Shown here: positions 1 to 12,329 of the stretch, one piece after another | Position numbering within the stretch: position 1 is the first letter of the stretch | How the letters are laid out: each line of letters starts with the position of its first letter | NCBI GenBank assembly: GCA_030156665.1 | Contig: JASGMB010000003.1 | Span: 2,437 to 66,436, forward strand | Direction: 5' to 3' | Source of the DNA: Clostridiales bacterium | GTDB taxonomy: Bacteria; Bacillota; Clostridia; SK-Y3 | DNA length: 64,000 bases | Made by a program: the position numbers and the translations under genes | Notes under the pieces: model-generated | Told to the model about the DNA's origin: nothing | The model's input: the letters and a program-made list of their open reading frames with translations, nothing else | Database searches by the model: none

Positions 1-771
1 CTCATTTCCCCAAAACACAGGACCATCCTTACAAACATGCTTGTATTCCCAATCTTGTGTTGTTTTAATTTTACAAGCACATACCAAACAGGCTCCTATG
101 CCGCACCCCATTCTCTGTTCCAAAGAGATCTGACAGGGAATGTTATATTTTTTACATGTGTTATTAACAAGCCTAAGCATTGGTTCCGGTCCACAAGCGT
201 AAACAATATCTACAGGATCTTTCTGTAATTTCTTCTCCATCAATTGCGTCACATATCCTTTATGGCCGTAGCTTCCATCATCGGTAGCAATTTGTAGATT
301 AGAACATACTTTATGAAAATCCTTCTCTAAAACTACCATTTCTTTATTTTTAAAGCCCAAATACACTGTTGAATTTTGAGATGAAATTGATTTTATAAGC
401 ATCAGGAGCGGAAAAACACCAATACCTCCACCTACAAGTAAAGGGTTAGTATATTGGTCATTTATATAATAACCATTTCCCAGAGGGCCTAAAATATCGA
501 TATTATCGCCAACTTTTTTTAGAGCTAGTAATTTAGTACCGTTTCCTTTTACTTGAAAAATAAATCTTATTTCTTGATTTTTAGTATCAATATCACATAT
601 ACTAATGGGTCTTCGTAATATCGCAGTCAAACCTTCACAACATTTGATATTTAAAAACTGTCCCGGTTTTGCCTGTTGAGCAATTTCTTTACATACTACT
701 CTCATGTCAAAAATGCCCGGTACTATTTCTTTTTTATAACTAATCTTACTGAGGTAATTTTGCTTATACAC
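1..771 (-). CDS. pyrK: Dihydroorotate dehydrogenase electron-transfer subunit (PyrK); 3' end runs off the window
   Basis: Not in the ORF track because it is open at the edge. My translation from GTG at 771 (GGAGG 7 nt upstream) gives VYKQNYLSKISYKKEIVPGIFDMRVV..RRPISICD..LLVGGGIGVFPL..ACGPEPM..RMGCGIGACLVCAC. These are the FAD/NAD-binding motifs and 2Fe-2S Cys cluster typical of PyrK. It sits directly downstream of carB. Confidence 0.85.
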   Translation of the reverse strand, partial: MYKQNYLSKISYKKEIVPGIFDMRVVCKEIAQQAKPGQFLNIKCCEGLTAILRRPISICDIDTKNQEIRFIFQVKGNGTKLLALKKVGDNIDILGPLGNGYYINDQYTNPLLVGGGIGVFPLLMLIKSISSQNSTVYLGFKNKEMVVLEKDFHKVCSNLQIATDDGSYGHKGYVTQLMEKKLQKDPVDIVYACGPEPMLRLVNNTCKKYNIPCQISLEQRMGCGIGACLVCACKIKTTQDWEYKHVCKDGPVFWGNE

Positions 772-860
772 CTTTATTCCTCCCAATTGGATTATTAGGC
801 TTATTGTTCGTATATTAAACTAAGGATGCAGGTTTTTACCCCTGCAATCCTGTCTGTCTT

Positions 861-3800
861 TTATATTTTTGTAATATCTATTACTTCTAAGTCTTTTTCT
901 GCTTTATTTAATTTAAGTGTTTTAACTACTGCATTTGCAGTGTCTAAAGAGGTTAAACAAGGAATAGATTGTTCCACCGATTTTCTTCTGATTTGAAAAC
1001 CATCTCTTTTTGGCTGTCGTCCACGGGTAGGTGTATTAATTACCAAATGAATTTTGCCCGATTGGATTAGTTCCAAAATATCCGGTATCCCCTGACCAAT
1101 TTTTTTAACAATACTGGTGGCAATATAATTTTTATTGAGCCTATGTGCAGTATTTCCCGTTGCATATAATTTAAATCCTAGTTTTTCCAAGTCTTGCGCT
1201 ATCGGAATAATTTCCTGTTTATCAGTATCTCTTACAGTTATTAAAACATTACCCTCTCGAGGAATCTTGAATCCTGCACCTATTAAGCCTTTATATAATG
1301 CTTCGGTAAAATCTTCAGAAATACCCAAAACTTCTCCTGTAGATTTCATCTCTGGTCCCAGACTTATATCCACATCGTGCAGTTTTTCAAATGAGAAAAC
1401 GGGAACTTTAACCGCAACATATTTTCCTTCAGGGTGCAGTCCTATACCATATCCCAAATCTTTTAATTTTTGCCCTAAAACTACCTTGGTTGCAAGGTTT
1501 ACCATTGGTATGTTGGTCACTTTACTGATATACGGTACTGTTCTACTGGAGCGGGGATTCACCTCGATTACATATACCTCATCATTATATAAAACAAATT
1601 GTATATTGATTAGTCCTTTTACATTCATTGCCTTTGCAAGTTGATATGTGTACTCTACAATCATATCTTTATATTTTTGCTCAATGGTCTGGGTCGGGTA
1701 TACAGATATGCTATCTCCGGAGTGTACACCCGCTCTTTCGAGATGTTCCATAATGCCCGGGATTAATATATCTTCTCCATCACATATGGCATCTACTTCT
1801 ATTTCTTTGCCCATCATATATTTATCAATAAGTATGGGATGCTCTTGTTTAACACGATTAATAATTTCCATAAATTCTATTATATCATTTTCATTAAAAG
1901 CAATTTCCATTCCCTGACCACCCAACACATAAGATGGTCTGACAAGGACCGGATACCCCAATTGCCGTGCTGCATTTAAAGCTTCTTCAAGTGTAAAAAC
2001 AGTTTTTCCTTCGGGTCTTGGTATCCCGCATTGTTCAAGTATCTTATCAAACTTTTCTCTATCTTCTGCCGCATCAATATCTTCTGCTGAAGTACCAAGT
2101 ATATTTACCCCCAAATCTTTTAAAGTTTTGGTAAGTTTTATTGCGGTTTGACCACCAAATTGGACAATAGCACCATCAGGTTCTTCTATTTCAATAATAT
2201 GCTCAATATCTTCCGGAGTCAGTGGCTCAAAATATAATTTGTCGGCTGTGTCAAAATCGGTACTCACAGTTTCCGGATTGTTATTTGCAATGATGGTTTC
2301 ATATCCGGCTTCTTTTAAAGCCCACACACAATGTACTGAACAATAGTCAAATTCTATTCCCTGACCAATTCGAATAGGTCCTGAACCGATAACAAGAACT
2401 TTTTTCTTTTTTGACTGTTTTATTTCCGAAAATTCATCAAACGTAGAATAATAGTATGGTGTAGCTGCCTCAAACTCTGCTGCACAGGTATCTACCATTT
2501 TATATGAAGGATGAATCCCAAAAGATTTTCTTAAATTTCGCACGTGTTGTTTTGTACTTCCGATAAAAGATGCAATAACTTCATCGATGTAACCCATCTT
2601 TTTAGCTTTTAGTAATAAGTCTTTATCTAACTCATTTATTGTTGTCAACTTTAATCTATTTTCCATCTGCACCAGTTGAAAAATCTTATTTAAGAAAAAT
2701 CGGTCAATTTTTGTTATATCGCTGATTTCTTCAACTGTAATACCACGTCTTAACGCCTCTGCTACCACAAAAATTCTTTCATCATCTATATTTTTTATTT
2801 TAGAACGAATTTTTTCAGTGGAAAGCTTTTTTAAATGCTTCAACTCAATGTTAAAGATGCCAAGTTCCAGGGAACGTATTGCTTTCATTAACGCCGCCTC
2901 AAAAGAAGAACTGATTGCCATTACCTCTCCGGTAGCTTTCATTTGCGTTCCCAGAGTTCTTTTTGCTTTAACAAATTTATCAAACGGCCATTTTGGTATT
3001 TTAACCACTACATAGTCAAGTGCAGGTTCAAAACATGCAAAGGTTTTTTCGGTAACAGCATTTTTTATCTCATCTAATCCATATCCAATTGCAATCTTTG
3101 TTGCAACTTTTGCGATTGGATAGCCTGTAGCTTTTGATGCTAAAGCACTGGAACGGCTTACTCTTGGGTTAACTTCTATCACTGCATATTCAAAACTATG
3201 TGGATTTAAAGCGAATTGAACGTTGCAGCCGCCTTCTATTCCCAGTTCGGTTATAATATTTAAGGCCGCACTTCTCAGCATTTGATACTCTTTATCGCTA
3301 AGTGTTTGAGAAGGGGCAACTACGATACTGTCTCCCGTATGCACACCTACCGGATCAATATTCTCCATATTACATACGGTAATGCAATTTCCTTTGCCAT
3401 CCCTCATGACTTCATATTCAATTTCTTTCCACCCGGCAATACATTTTTCAATCAAAACCTGATGGACTCTACTAAGTCTAAGACCATGAGGAGCTATTTC
3501 CGATAATTCTTTCTCATTATGCGCAATTCCTCCACCAGTGCCACCTAAAGTATAGGCAGGACGTACAATAACCGGAAAACCGATTTCTTTTGAAAAGCTT
3601 AAAGCATCTTCATAGGTACTTACTACTTTGCTTGCAATTACCGGTTCTCCTATTTTTTCCATGGTATCTTTAAATTCCTGGCGGTCTTCTGCCATCTTGA
3701 TTGCTTCTACTGCTGTTCCAAGTAATTTTACACCTTGCTGCTGTAAGAAACCTTCTTCTGCCAATTCCATCGCAAGATTAAGTCCTGTTTGACCACCCAA

Positions 3801-4067
3801 CGTTGGAAGAACACTATCTGGTTTTTCTTTAATAAGAATTTTTTTAATAATTTCAGTCGTCAATGGTTCAATATAAACTTTGTTAGCAATATTTTTATCA
3901 GTCATGATAGTTGCAGGATTACTGTTTACCAGTACGACTTCAATATTTTCTTCTCTTAATGCCTGACAGGCCTGAGTGCCTGCATAATCAAATTCTGCCG
4001 CTTGTCCTATAATGATTGGACCCGATCCAATTACCAGCACTTTTTTTACATCTTTTTTCAGTGGCAT
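861..4067 (-). CDS. carB: Carbamoyl-phosphate synthase large subunit
   Basis: 1068 aa with two ATP-grasp halves ([24 protein letters not shown] and [23 protein letters not shown]) and a C-terminal MGS-like domain. ATGA overlap with carA. Confidence 0.97.
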   Translation of the reverse strand: MPLKKDVKKVLVIGSGPIIIGQAAEFDYAGTQACQALREENIEVVLVNSNPATIMTDKNIANKVYIEPLTTEIIKKILIKEKPDSVLPTLGGQTGLNLAMELAEEGFLQQQGVKLLGTAVEAIKMAEDRQEFKDTMEKIGEPVIASKVVSTYEDALSFSKEIGFPVIVRPAYTLGGTGGGIAHNEKELSEIAPHGLRLSRVHQVLIEKCIAGWKEIEYEVMRDGKGNCITVCNMENIDPVGVHTGDSIVVAPSQTLSDKEYQMLRSAALNIITELGIEGGCNVQFALNPHSFEYAVIEVNPRVSRSSALASKATGYPIAKVATKIAIGYGLDEIKNAVTEKTFACFEPALDYVVVKIPKWPFDKFVKAKRTLGTQMKATGEVMAISSSFEAALMKAIRSLELGIFNIELKHLKKLSTEKIRSKIKNIDDERIFVVAEALRRGITVEEISDITKIDRFFLNKIFQLVQMENRLKLTTINELDKDLLLKAKKMGYIDEVIASFIGSTKQHVRNLRKSFGIHPSYKMVDTCAAEFEAATPYYYSTFDEFSEIKQSKKKKVLVIGSGPIRIGQGIEFDYCSVHCVWALKEAGYETIIANNNPETVSTDFDTADKLYFEPLTPEDIEHIIEIEEPDGAIVQFGGQTAIKLTKTLKDLGVNILGTSAEDIDAAEDREKFDKILEQCGIPRPEGKTVFTLEEALNAARQLGYPVLVRPSYVLGGQGMEIAFNENDIIEFMEIINRVKQEHPILIDKYMMGKEIEVDAICDGEDILIPGIMEHLERAGVHSGDSISVYPTQTIEQKYKDMIVEYTYQLAKAMNVKGLINIQFVLYNDEVYVIEVNPRSSRTVPYISKVTNIPMVNLATKVVLGQKLKDLGYGIGLHPEGKYVAVKVPVFSFEKLHDVDISLGPEMKSTGEVLGISEDFTEALYKGLIGAGFKIPREGNVLITVRDTDKQEIIPIAQDLEKLGFKLYATGNTAHRLNKNYIATSIVKKIGQGIPDILELIQSGKIHLVINTPTRGRQPKRDGFQIRRKSVEQSIPCLTSLDTANAVVKTLKLNKAEKDLEVIDITKI

Positions 4068-5152
4068 TAAATTTTCTCCTCTCTATTCCTTTTTATCAAT
4101 TCAATAAATTCATCAAATAGATAGGCCGTATCTTGGGGCCCAGGGGATGCTTCAGGATGAAACTGAACAGTAAAAACCGGTTTATTCTTATAACGTACTC
4201 CTTCAATCGTCCCATCATTCATATTTATATGACTTATTTCAGCAATATCTTTATCAAGAGATGATTCAACAATGGTGTATCCATGATTTTGAGATGTAAT
4301 ATAGGTAGCATCCTTTTTGATGTCTTTTACCGGATGATTGCACCCTCTGTGTCCATATTTGAGTTTTTCTGTATCCGCATCATTTGCCAGTGCAGTTAAT
4401 TGATGTCCGAGGCATATTCCAAAAATGGGTTTTCCCGATGCTATAAGTTTTTTGATATTTTTGATGACTTCAACGCAATCTTTTGGGTCACCAGGTCCAT
4501 TAGAGAGCATAATTCCATCTGGACCAGTGTTCAATATTTCATCAGCAGTACTTCTTGCAGAAAATACAGTCACTTCACAACCCCTATTTACAAGAGAGCG
4601 TATAATATTTGCTTTTGCTCCAAGATCAATAACGGCAACTTTGCAATCTGTACCGTGATATCTTTTTGTTTCTTTGGTAGTCACTGTATCTACAGGATTA
4701 ACGATACGATAAAGCTTGATTTTATCTATTTTTTTGTCGATATCAAAATTAGGGTCGGTAGATATTATTCCATTCATTGTCCCTTTGTCTCTTAATATTC
4801 TAGTCAATGCTCTAGTATCAATGCCTTCTATTCCGATAATATTATGTCTTTTAAGATATTCGTTCAGTGTTTCTTTAGAACGCCAATTGCTCGGAACTTT
4901 ACATAATTCTCTTACGATAAACCCTTTTACTTGAGGTTTAGTTGATTCAAAGTCATCTATATTAATGCCATAGTTGCCGATAAGCGGATATGTCATTGTT
5001 ACCATTTGTCCACAATAAGAAGGATCAGTAAGTATTTCCTGGTATCCGGTCATACCGGTATTAAATACAACCTCACCAATTACCTCACCTTCTACACCAA
5101 AACTATTACCTTTAAATATTGTTCCATCTTCCAAAGCCAAAATTGCTTGCAT
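4067..5152 (-). CDS. carA: Carbamoyl-phosphate synthase small (glutaminase) subunit
   Basis: Has the GICLGHQL catalytic Cys motif and [10 protein letters not shown] prefer the ATG at 5152 ([19 protein letters not shown] upstream) over the ORF-track start at 5200. Confidence 0.94.
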   Translation of the reverse strand: MQAILALEDGTIFKGNSFGVEGEVIGEVVFNTGMTGYQEILTDPSYCGQMVTMTYPLIGNYGINIDDFESTKPQVKGFIVRELCKVPSNWRSKETLNEYLKRHNIIGIEGIDTRALTRILRDKGTMNGIISTDPNFDIDKKIDKIKLYRIVNPVDTVTTKETKRYHGTDCKVAVIDLGAKANIIRSLVNRGCEVTVFSARSTADEILNTGPDGIMLSNGPGDPKDCVEVIKNIKKLIASGKPIFGICLGHQLTALANDADTEKLKYGHRGCNHPVKDIKKDATYITSQNHGYTIVESSLDKDIAEISHINMNDGTIEGVRYKNKPVFTVQFHPEASPGPQDTAYLFDEFIELIKRNREEKI

Positions 5153-5253
5153 TTTGTAATTCCTACCTTTCAAATAATTGTTAATGCTAGGCCTTTCCAT
5201 TTTGAGTTCTTAATAAGTTATTTATCAGTGAATAGATAACTGTTTTTCGCTTC

Positions 5254-6174
5254 TTACTTTAAACTATCTAATATATCATTTTTCATCTGAATTGCTGCTT
5301 CTCTTGCAGCATGTGCAAATTCTTTTTCTGGATACCTTTTATTGATATAAGCACATATAATACCGCGAGATGAATTTATAATTGCGCCTAAGCCATCGTT
5401 ATTAAAGCAGCTTGCAACATCATTTGCCGTACCACCCTGTGCCCCATATCCCGGTACAAGAAAGTAAGTATTAGGCATGGTTTTTCGCAGTTTCACAGCC
5501 TGATCAGGATAAGTCGCACCTACTACAGCACCAATATTGCTATATCCTTTTTGTCCTATACTTGTCCTTCCCCATTGCTTTACAAGCTCAGCTACTTTTT
5601 GATATATTGTTTTATTTTCTACCATCAAATCTTGTATCTCACCGGACGATGGATTAGATGTTTTCACTAAAACAAATATACTTTTATTATATTGATTGCA
5701 GTCATTAATGAAAGGTTTAACGCCATCCGTCCCTAAATATGGATTAACAGTTATACTATCTGAATTAAAAGTATTTACATTAAGTTCATTATCAATTTTA
5801 GTGTTTCCTAAATATGCACTGGAATAAGCTTCTGCTGTTGAACCAATATCATTTCTTTTTACGTCAGCAATAACATATAACCCTTTTTTCTTTGCATAGT
5901 TTATTGTTTCGTGAAATACTTTAATTCCTTCTATACCATACATTTCATAGTAGGCTGATTGAGGTTTGACAGCAGGAATAATATCACAAAGCTCGTCTAT
6001 TAGTTTTTTATTAAAAGTTAATATGGCTTGTGCTACACCTGTAAGATTCTTTCCATATTGTTCATAACATGCTGTTTTAATAAACGCAGGTACATATTCA
6101 ATTCTTGGATCCAGACCAATCACTGAAGGATTATTTTTTTCTATTATTTTATCAATAAGCATATCAATTGACAT
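5254..6174 (-). CDS. pyrF: Orotidine 5'-phosphate decarboxylase (long, type 2 form)
   Basis: 306 aa with VIGLDPR, VIADVKRNDIGST and pyr operon context. Confidence 0.88.
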   Translation of the reverse strand: MSIDMLIDKIIEKNNPSVIGLDPRIEYVPAFIKTACYEQYGKNLTGVAQAILTFNKKLIDELCDIIPAVKPQSAYYEMYGIEGIKVFHETINYAKKKGLYVIADVKRNDIGSTAEAYSSAYLGNTKIDNELNVNTFNSDSITVNPYLGTDGVKPFINDCNQYNKSIFVLVKTSNPSSGEIQDLMVENKTIYQKVAELVKQWGRTSIGQKGYSNIGAVVGATYPDQAVKLRKTMPNTYFLVPGYGAQGGTANDVASCFNNDGLGAIINSSRGIICAYINKRYPEKEFAHAAREAAIQMKNDILDSLK

Positions 6175-6254
6175 TTACAATCCCTCCAATATTTGTACTT
6201 TGCAATCGGAACTATAAGAGTAAACTGTATTTCTCACTTCCCAGTCATCCTCTA

Positions 6255-7547
6255 CTATAATAACACTTTTTGCCTTACAATCACTTTACCTCCTACAATC
6301 GTAAAATGCACTGTGCCTTTCAAGCTGTAACCATGGTAAGGTGAATTTTTACTCTTTGATTGAAACTTATTTACATCGACTACATATTCTTCGTTCTTAT
6401 CAATCACAACGATATCTGCAGGTTTATTAATGCCTAACGACCCTTTATTCAAACCTAAAATATTGGCAGGATTAACACACATCTTTTGCAGTAACTGTTG
6501 CATGGTTAAAATACCTTTGTCAACAAGGTACGTTATTCCTAACGCAAGCGCCGTTTCAAATCCTACAATTCCATTTGCCGCTTTATTAAACTCTACATTT
6601 TTTTCATCGATATGATGTGGAGCATGGTCAGTTGCAATAACATCAATGGTTCCATCTTTTAATCCTTTTTTAATAGCCTCTACGTCCTTTTCTGTCCGGA
6701 GAGGGGGATTTATTTTTGCATTCGTATTGTACCCATCAACCACCTTATCTGTAAGGGTGAAATAATGCGGACAGGTTTCACATGTTACTTTAACTCCTCT
6801 TGCCTTTGCATGACGAATGATTGCAACTGCCCCTTCAGTACTCACATGAGCAATATGAATGGGTGCGCCTGTTACTTCGGATAAGATTACATCCCTTGCT
6901 ACCATTACTTCTTCAGCAGCTCTGGTGATACCTTTCAACCCCAGATAGGTTGACATATACCCTTCGTTCATTACTCCTTCATCAACCAGTGTTATATCTT
7001 CACAGTGGGCTATTACAGGTGTATCAAACATATGCGCATATTGCAATGCTCTTCTCATAAGTGCGGAATTCATCACTGATTTTCCATCATCTGAAATACC
7101 TACAACTCCTGCAAATTTCAGCTCTCCTATTTCTGCCAATTCTTCTCCTTTTAATCCTTTAGTAATTGCACCAATAGGATACACATTGACTACCCCTACT
7201 TTTTTTGCTTTAACTTTTATATATTCTACTATTGCTTGATTGTCTATTACCGGATTTGTGTTGGGCATACATGCAATAGAGGTAAACCCTCCAACAGCCG
7301 CACTTCTTGTTCCGCTTTCAATATCTTCTTTATATTCGTATCCGGGCTCTCGAAGATGACAGTGCATATCAATGAGTCCGGGCACAACCAGCTTATCTTT
7401 AGCGTCAATAACTTCAATTTCCCCGCCACTATAGTCAAGATTTTTTTCAATTTCCACAATCATGCCATTTTCGACATAAATATCTAATATGTCATCCCTA
7501 TTATTTTGAGGGTCTATTACATGTCCATTTTTAATTAAAATTCTCAT
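6255..7547 (-). CDS. pyrC: Dihydroorotase
   Basis: [13 protein letters not shown] metal-binding motif and DHAPH. Start taken at MRILIKNG (7547), overlapping the pyrB stop by 17 nt. Confidence 0.93.
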   Translation of the reverse strand: MRILIKNGHVIDPQNNRDDILDIYVENGMIVEIEKNLDYSGGEIEVIDAKDKLVVPGLIDMHCHLREPGYEYKEDIESGTRSAAVGGFTSIACMPNTNPVIDNQAIVEYIKVKAKKVGVVNVYPIGAITKGLKGEELAEIGELKFAGVVGISDDGKSVMNSALMRRALQYAHMFDTPVIAHCEDITLVDEGVMNEGYMSTYLGLKGITRAAEEVMVARDVILSEVTGAPIHIAHVSTEGAVAIIRHAKARGVKVTCETCPHYFTLTDKVVDGYNTNAKINPPLRTEKDVEAIKKGLKDGTIDVIATDHAPHHIDEKNVEFNKAANGIVGFETALALGITYLVDKGILTMQQLLQKMCVNPANILGLNKGSLGINKPADIVVIDKNEEYVVDVNKFQSKSKNSPYHGYSLKGTVHFTIVGGKVIVRQKVLL

Positions 7548-8472
7548 TACTACCACCCTTTCTTGCAAATAGATATAAAATCGCCATCCTTACGGCAACT
7601 CCATTGGCAACTTGTTCATCAATTAAAGATTTATCACCGTCAATAACATCAGATGATAATTCAACACCACGGTTTACAGGACCAGGATGAAGTAAAAGGG
7701 CATCCTCTTTGGCAAACATAAGTCTTTTATTGTCAATTCCAAAAAATCTTGTATATTCTCGTATAGTCGGAAACAGACCTCGCTTTTGTCTCTCTAATTG
7801 TATTCTAAGACCCATCACCACATCAGCATCTAATAAAGCTTCTTGTACGCTGTTAAAAACTTTCACGCCTGTTTTTTCTAATTCCGGCGGTATTAATGTA
7901 GTAGGCCCTGCTACACAAACTTCAGCGCCCAATTTAGTTAATCCCCAAATATTACTACGTGCAACTCTACTATGAGCAATATCACCGATAATCGCTACTT
8001 TTAAGCCCCTTATTTCTCCCTTTTTTTCTTTTATTGTCATCATATCAAGAAGTGCTTGTGTAGGATGTTCATTCATGCCATCCCCTGCATTAATTACAGA
8101 TGCTTTGACATTTCTGGCCAAAAGATGCGGAGCACCTGACATAGGATGTCGAATGATAATAATATCCGTCCCCATCATATTAATGGTTCTTCCTGTGTCT
8201 ATCAAAGTTTCACCCTTTTGAACACTGCTTGCAGATGCAGAAATATTAGCTGCACTAGCACTCATGTACTTAGCAGCTAATTCAAATGATAATCTCGTTC
8301 GTGTACTATTTTCATAAAAGAGAGTAATAATCGATTTGCCTTGTAAATGAGGAGTTTTTTTGTTTTTTTGTGCAAGTATATACTTCATTGTTTCTGCCGT
8401 ATTTAAAATATATTTAATCTCTTCTTCCGACAGATCTTTTAGCCCAAGCAGGTCTTTTCGATTTCTTAACAT
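7531..8472 (-). CDS. pyrB: Aspartate carbamoyltransferase catalytic subunit
   Basis: STRTR, HPTQ and HPGP motifs. ATG at 8472 is preceded by GAGGTGA at 8-nt spacing. The track start at 8484 is a GTG. Confidence 0.95.
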   Translation of the reverse strand: MLRNRKDLLGLKDLSEEEIKYILNTAETMKYILAQKNKKTPHLQGKSIITLFYENSTRTRLSFELAAKYMSASAANISASASSVQKGETLIDTGRTINMMGTDIIIIRHPMSGAPHLLARNVKASVINAGDGMNEHPTQALLDMMTIKEKKGEIRGLKVAIIGDIAHSRVARSNIWGLTKLGAEVCVAGPTTLIPPELEKTGVKVFNSVQEALLDADVVMGLRIQLERQKRGLFPTIREYTRFFGIDNKRLMFAKEDALLLHPGPVNRGVELSSDVIDGDKSLIDEQVANGVAVRMAILYLFARKGGSNENFN

Positions 8473-8508
8473 AGTTTTTATCACCTCATATGGATAATAT
8501 ATATTTTG

Positions 8509-8545
8509 AAAAAGAGTAGTAAGGAAATCCTTACTACTCTCTTTT
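8509..8545 (-). terminator. Intrinsic terminator-like hairpin between pyrP and pyrB
   Basis: AGAGTAGTAAGG/CCTTACTACTCT forms a 12-bp stem with a 4-nt loop. On the minus strand it is followed by CTTTTTC, and it starts right after the pyrP stop. Confidence 0.6.
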
Positions 8546-9764
8546 ATACATTTTCAGGAAGTAATTTATTGGATATAATTCCTACCAGCGCAGCCAAGAA
8601 TAATCCGGATATTTTGAATGTCTCAGTAATTGCAATATCTCCCACTCCTAATCCTACCACAAGTATCAGGGACACAATAATTAAATTTCTACTGTGAGTG
8701 AAATCCAGATCTGCTTCCGAAATAGTTCTCATACCGATACTTGCTATCATACCAAACAATACCAAGCTCACTCCCCCCATAACAGGTACAGGGATTGTTT
8801 GTAAAATTGCACCCAACTTACCCACTAAACTAAGGATAATGGCATAAACTGCTGCAATTCTAAGAATTTTAGAATCATATACTTTGGTAACAGCTAATAC
8901 CCCGGTATTTTCACTATAAGTAGTATTAGCAGGACCTCCAACCAACCCTGCAAAAAATGTTGCTAATCCATCACCAAGCAACGTTCTGTGTAGTCCAGGA
9001 TCTTTAAAATAATCTCTTCCAACAACCGCACCATTTGTTGTAATATCACCAATATGTTCCATGAATGTAACAATGGCTATAGGAGCAATTAAAGAGATGG
9101 CTGTGATATTAAAAGATGGAAGTGTAAAAAATTCACCTCTAAATATAGGCATAATATTTAGCCAATCCGCTTCAATAATTTTCTGCGTATTGACAAGTGG
9201 TTGTGTACCGGAAAATCCGCTATAATCCATAATCAAAGATACAATATAACCTGAAGCAATACCAATTAGAATCGGAACCAATTTAAAGAATCCTTTATCG
9301 AATACCGTGATGATTATAACCACTAATAGAACAAATATTGCAATCCACCAGTTTCCTGACGCCATATCCACTGCAACAGGACTTAACGTTAAACCAATTA
9401 CCATAATAATGGGTCCTGTTACGATAGGCGGCAAAAAACTTTTTATTTTATCTGCACCTACTAATGATACCAATACGGATAACAGGACGTATATCAAACC
9501 AGCAGTTATAATACCACCTTGTGCAGCTTGAATACCATATTTTTCTATTACTAACTTAATTGCTCCAATATATGCAAAACTTGATCCAAGGAAAACAGGT
9601 ACTTTTTTACCGGTTATATAATGAAATATAAAGGTACCCACTCCTGCAGTAAATAATGCAACCCCCGGATGTAAACCAGTCAATGCGGGAACTAAAACCG
9701 TTGCTCCAAACATTGCAAATAAATGCTGTAGCCCAAGAATATAAGACTTCGTACTATTTGACAT
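8544..9764 (-). CDS. pyrP: Uracil permease (NCS2 family)
   Basis: Polytopic membrane protein with uracil/xanthine permease motifs, lying between pyrR and pyrB. ATG at 9764 has AAGGGGA 8 nt upstream. Confidence 0.9.
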   Translation of the reverse strand: MSNSTKSYILGLQHLFAMFGATVLVPALTGLHPGVALFTAGVGTFIFHYITGKKVPVFLGSSFAYIGAIKLVIEKYGIQAAQGGIITAGLIYVLLSVLVSLVGADKIKSFLPPIVTGPIIMVIGLTLSPVAVDMASGNWWIAIFVLLVVIIITVFDKGFFKLVPILIGIASGYIVSLIMDYSGFSGTQPLVNTQKIIEADWLNIMPIFRGEFFTLPSFNITAISLIAPIAIVTFMEHIGDITTNGAVVGRDYFKDPGLHRTLLGDGLATFFAGLVGGPANTTYSENTGVLAVTKVYDSKILRIAAVYAIILSLVGKLGAILQTIPVPVMGGVSLVLFGMIASIGMRTISEADLDFTHSRNLIIVSLILVVGLGVGDIAITETFKISGLFLAALVGIISNKLLPENV

Positions 9765-9806
9765 TTTATATTCCCCTTTCATTTGTATCTGTTAATTAGC
9801 CGTCAT

Positions 9807-10361
<555 letters not shown>

Positions 10362-10390
10362 TCACTCTCCTCTTTTGCATAAATTCAATC

Positions 10391-10424
10391 AAATAAAAAA
10401 CTTCTTACCAGCCAGTAAGAAGTT
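10391..10424 (-). terminator. pyr leader attenuator terminator
   Basis: Minus strand reads AACTTCTTAC-TGGCTG-GTAAGAAGTT followed by TTTTTATTT, about 40 nt upstream of the pyrR ATG. Confidence 0.75.
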
Positions 10425-10498
10425 AACATGCCCAAAATAACCAAAATACATTCAGCAATTGAATATACTCAATGTATATATAAGCATCCGTTCACTTA

Positions 10499-10532
10499 AC
10501 CTTACCAGCCTCACAGGACTAATTTAAAGGTT
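10499..10532 (-). promoter_or_regulatory. PyrR-binding RNA hairpin (anti-antiterminator) of the pyr leader
   Basis: Minus strand reads CCTTTAAATTAGTCCTGTGAGGCTGGTAAGG. This matches the conserved PyrR box pattern UUUAA..AGUCC.G.GAGGCU..AAGG. Its 3' part (GGCTGGTAAG) is repeated in the terminator 5' arm region, as expected for attenuation. Confidence 0.75.
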
Positions 10533-10559
10533 AACTATCCTTATTCATTTGTCGACTCT

Positions 10560-10588
10560 ATTCTACACTAAAAGTTTTATTTTGTCTA
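10560..10588 (-). promoter_or_regulatory. Putative sigma-A promoter of the pyr operon
   Basis: Minus strand TAGACA - 17 nt - TAGAAT with a TG extension, about 30 nt upstream of the PyrR box. Pattern match only. Confidence 0.4.
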
Positions 10589-10686
10589 CTGTTATTTTTA
10601 ATATTTTTAAAAATTAGTTTATTGTTCATTATAGGAACTTTTATAAAACAAAATAGTACTGGTGATACAATTTTCAAAAATGAATT

Positions 10687-11628
10687 TTAAAAAATATAAC
10701 TATTTTCGTTATTCATTTTTCGCAGTAAATTTAATATTTTTTCAAAATAAGGTGGAGGAGATACTTCAAATTCCATATATTCTTGCGTAGTAGGATGGAT
10801 AAAACCTAATAATTTTGCATGTAGTGCCTGTCCATTTAAATTAAACTTGTCTTTCTTAGGCCCATAAACAGGATCTCCAACAATAGGATGCCCTATATAA
10901 CTCATATGAACTCTTATTTGGTGTGTTCTTCCGGTTTCTAGCTTACATTCTATATACGTAAAATGAGCTAATTTCTCTATCACATTAAAATGTGTGATAG
11001 CATTCCTGCTGTTTTTAGTAGTCACACACATCTTTTTTCTATCTATTGGGTGTCTCCCTATCGGTGCATCAATGGTTCCAACATTGTTTTTTATATTTCC
11101 GTAAACAATTGCTACATACCTTCTAGTAAGAGAGTGGTTTTTAATTTGTTTTGCTAGTTTGAGATGGGCCTGATTATTTTTAGCAACCAACAATAAACCG
11201 GAAGTATCTTTATCAATTCTATGTACAATGCCAGGACGAATAACTCCGTTAATAGCGGAAAGATTATTACCACAATGCTTCATAAGCGCATTAACAAGTG
11301 TACCAGTATAATTGCCTGCTGCCGGATGGACAACCATGCCTTGTGGTTTATTCACTACCAATAAATCGGTATCTTCATATATAATATCTAAATGAATATC
11401 CTCAGCCTTGACTTCAAGTTTTTCTGGTTTAGGAATTTTAATATCAATAATGTCGTTACCCTTTACTTTATAATTTGATTTCACGTTTTTTCCATTGACC
11501 TGTACTAGTCCGTCCTGTATAATTTTTTGAACATATGAGCGTGATAAATCATTTATTCTATCGCTTAAATATTTATCAATTCTAATATTATGTTCTTCGG
11601 CTTTCACCTTCAATTGCCTAGTGGTCAT
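10687..11628 (-). CDS. rluD: 23S rRNA pseudouridine synthase, RluA/RluD family
   Basis: N-terminal S4 domain plus the HRIDKDTSGLL catalytic motif. Abuts lspA as in many Firmicutes. Confidence 0.9.
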   Translation of the reverse strand: MTTRQLKVKAEEHNIRIDKYLSDRINDLSRSYVQKIIQDGLVQVNGKNVKSNYKVKGNDIIDIKIPKPEKLEVKAEDIHLDIIYEDTDLLVVNKPQGMVVHPAAGNYTGTLVNALMKHCGNNLSAINGVIRPGIVHRIDKDTSGLLLVAKNNQAHLKLAKQIKNHSLTRRYVAIVYGNIKNNVGTIDAPIGRHPIDRKKMCVTTKNSRNAITHFNVIEKLAHFTYIECKLETGRTHQIRVHMSYIGHPIVGDPVYGPKKDKFNLNGQALHAKLLGFIHPTTQEYMEFEVSPPPYFEKILNLLRKMNNENSYIF

Positions 11629-12087
11629 CTATACTTCATCCTTTTTTTCCTCGTATTTAAATAAAAGATAATAGGATAACAAAATGGTTCCTACTACTAC
11701 AAATGAGTCGGCTACATTAAATACAGGCCAATTAATTAAGTTAAAATCAAAAAAGTCTATCACATAACTGTATCTTATTCTATCAATAAGATTGCCAACG
11801 GCACCACCTAATATCATGGACAAACTTATCATTAGCAGTTTACTTTTTGGTTTATTTTTTATAATATAATATACAATTCCAGCCATAATCACGATAGTAA
11901 CGATAATAAAAAACCACTTTTGGTTTTGGAGTATGCCAAAGGCTGCGCCTCTATTTTTAACAAAAGTAAGATGAAAAACATTTTTTATTAAAGGAATAGT
12001 ATCATAGTTTATAAGTGTTGTTGCGGCTAAATATTTAGTATATTGATCTATTGCTAAAATAGCCGTTATCATTATAATCCAAAGCAT
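11629..12087 (-). CDS. lspA: Lipoprotein signal peptidase II
   Basis: NRGAAFG and FNVAD motifs with 4 TM segments. ATG at 12087 is preceded by AAGGAG. The track start at 12132 lacks an RBS. Confidence 0.9.
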   Translation of the reverse strand: MLWIIMITAILAIDQYTKYLAATTLINYDTIPLIKNVFHLTFVKNRGAAFGILQNQKWFFIIVTIVIMAGIVYYIIKNKPKSKLLMISLSMILGGAVGNLIDRIRYSYVIDFFDFNLINWPVFNVADSFVVVGTILLSYYLLFKYEEKKDEV

Positions 12088-12153
12088 ATATTTCAACTCC
12101 TTGCAAATTTTTAGTACTACTAAAAAATACATAACATAAAGTAGTACTAGTAG

Positions 12154-12182
12154 ATTATAGCATTCATAAGGAGCATTGACAA
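12154..12182 (-). promoter_or_regulatory. Putative sigma-A promoter for lspA-rluD
   Basis: Minus strand TTGTCA - 17 nt - TATAAT. Pattern match only. Confidence 0.4.
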
Positions 12183-12329
12183 TATATTTGATAAGAATGG
12201 AAATGAATAATCTAGCATCATTTTTTGCACAATTTGCCTATTTTTTATTCATTGTATAAAGTAACCCTAATCGCATCTCATTGAAATTTTTAATCATTAC
12301 TGTAACATTTGGCTGGAACGTTTCTCATT

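Noticed and set aside
823-850. Hairpin GGATGCAGG-tttttacc-CCTGCAATCC between carB and pyrK.
   Set aside because: It has no U-tract and sits inside an operon 10 nt after the carB stop. It is probably an mRNA stability or processing stem, and the evidence is insufficient for a terminator or attenuator call.
1135-1644. Long plus-strand ORFs lying inside minus-strand genes. Examples: 1135-1644, 4400-4795, 33248-32910 region, 50225-50635, 51193-51681, 59485-59982, 41327-41632.
   Set aside because: Each lies antisense to a full-length, clearly homologous housekeeping gene. They have low-complexity Ser/Ile/Phe-rich translations and no RBS, which is the typical shadow-ORF pattern of AT-rich genomes.
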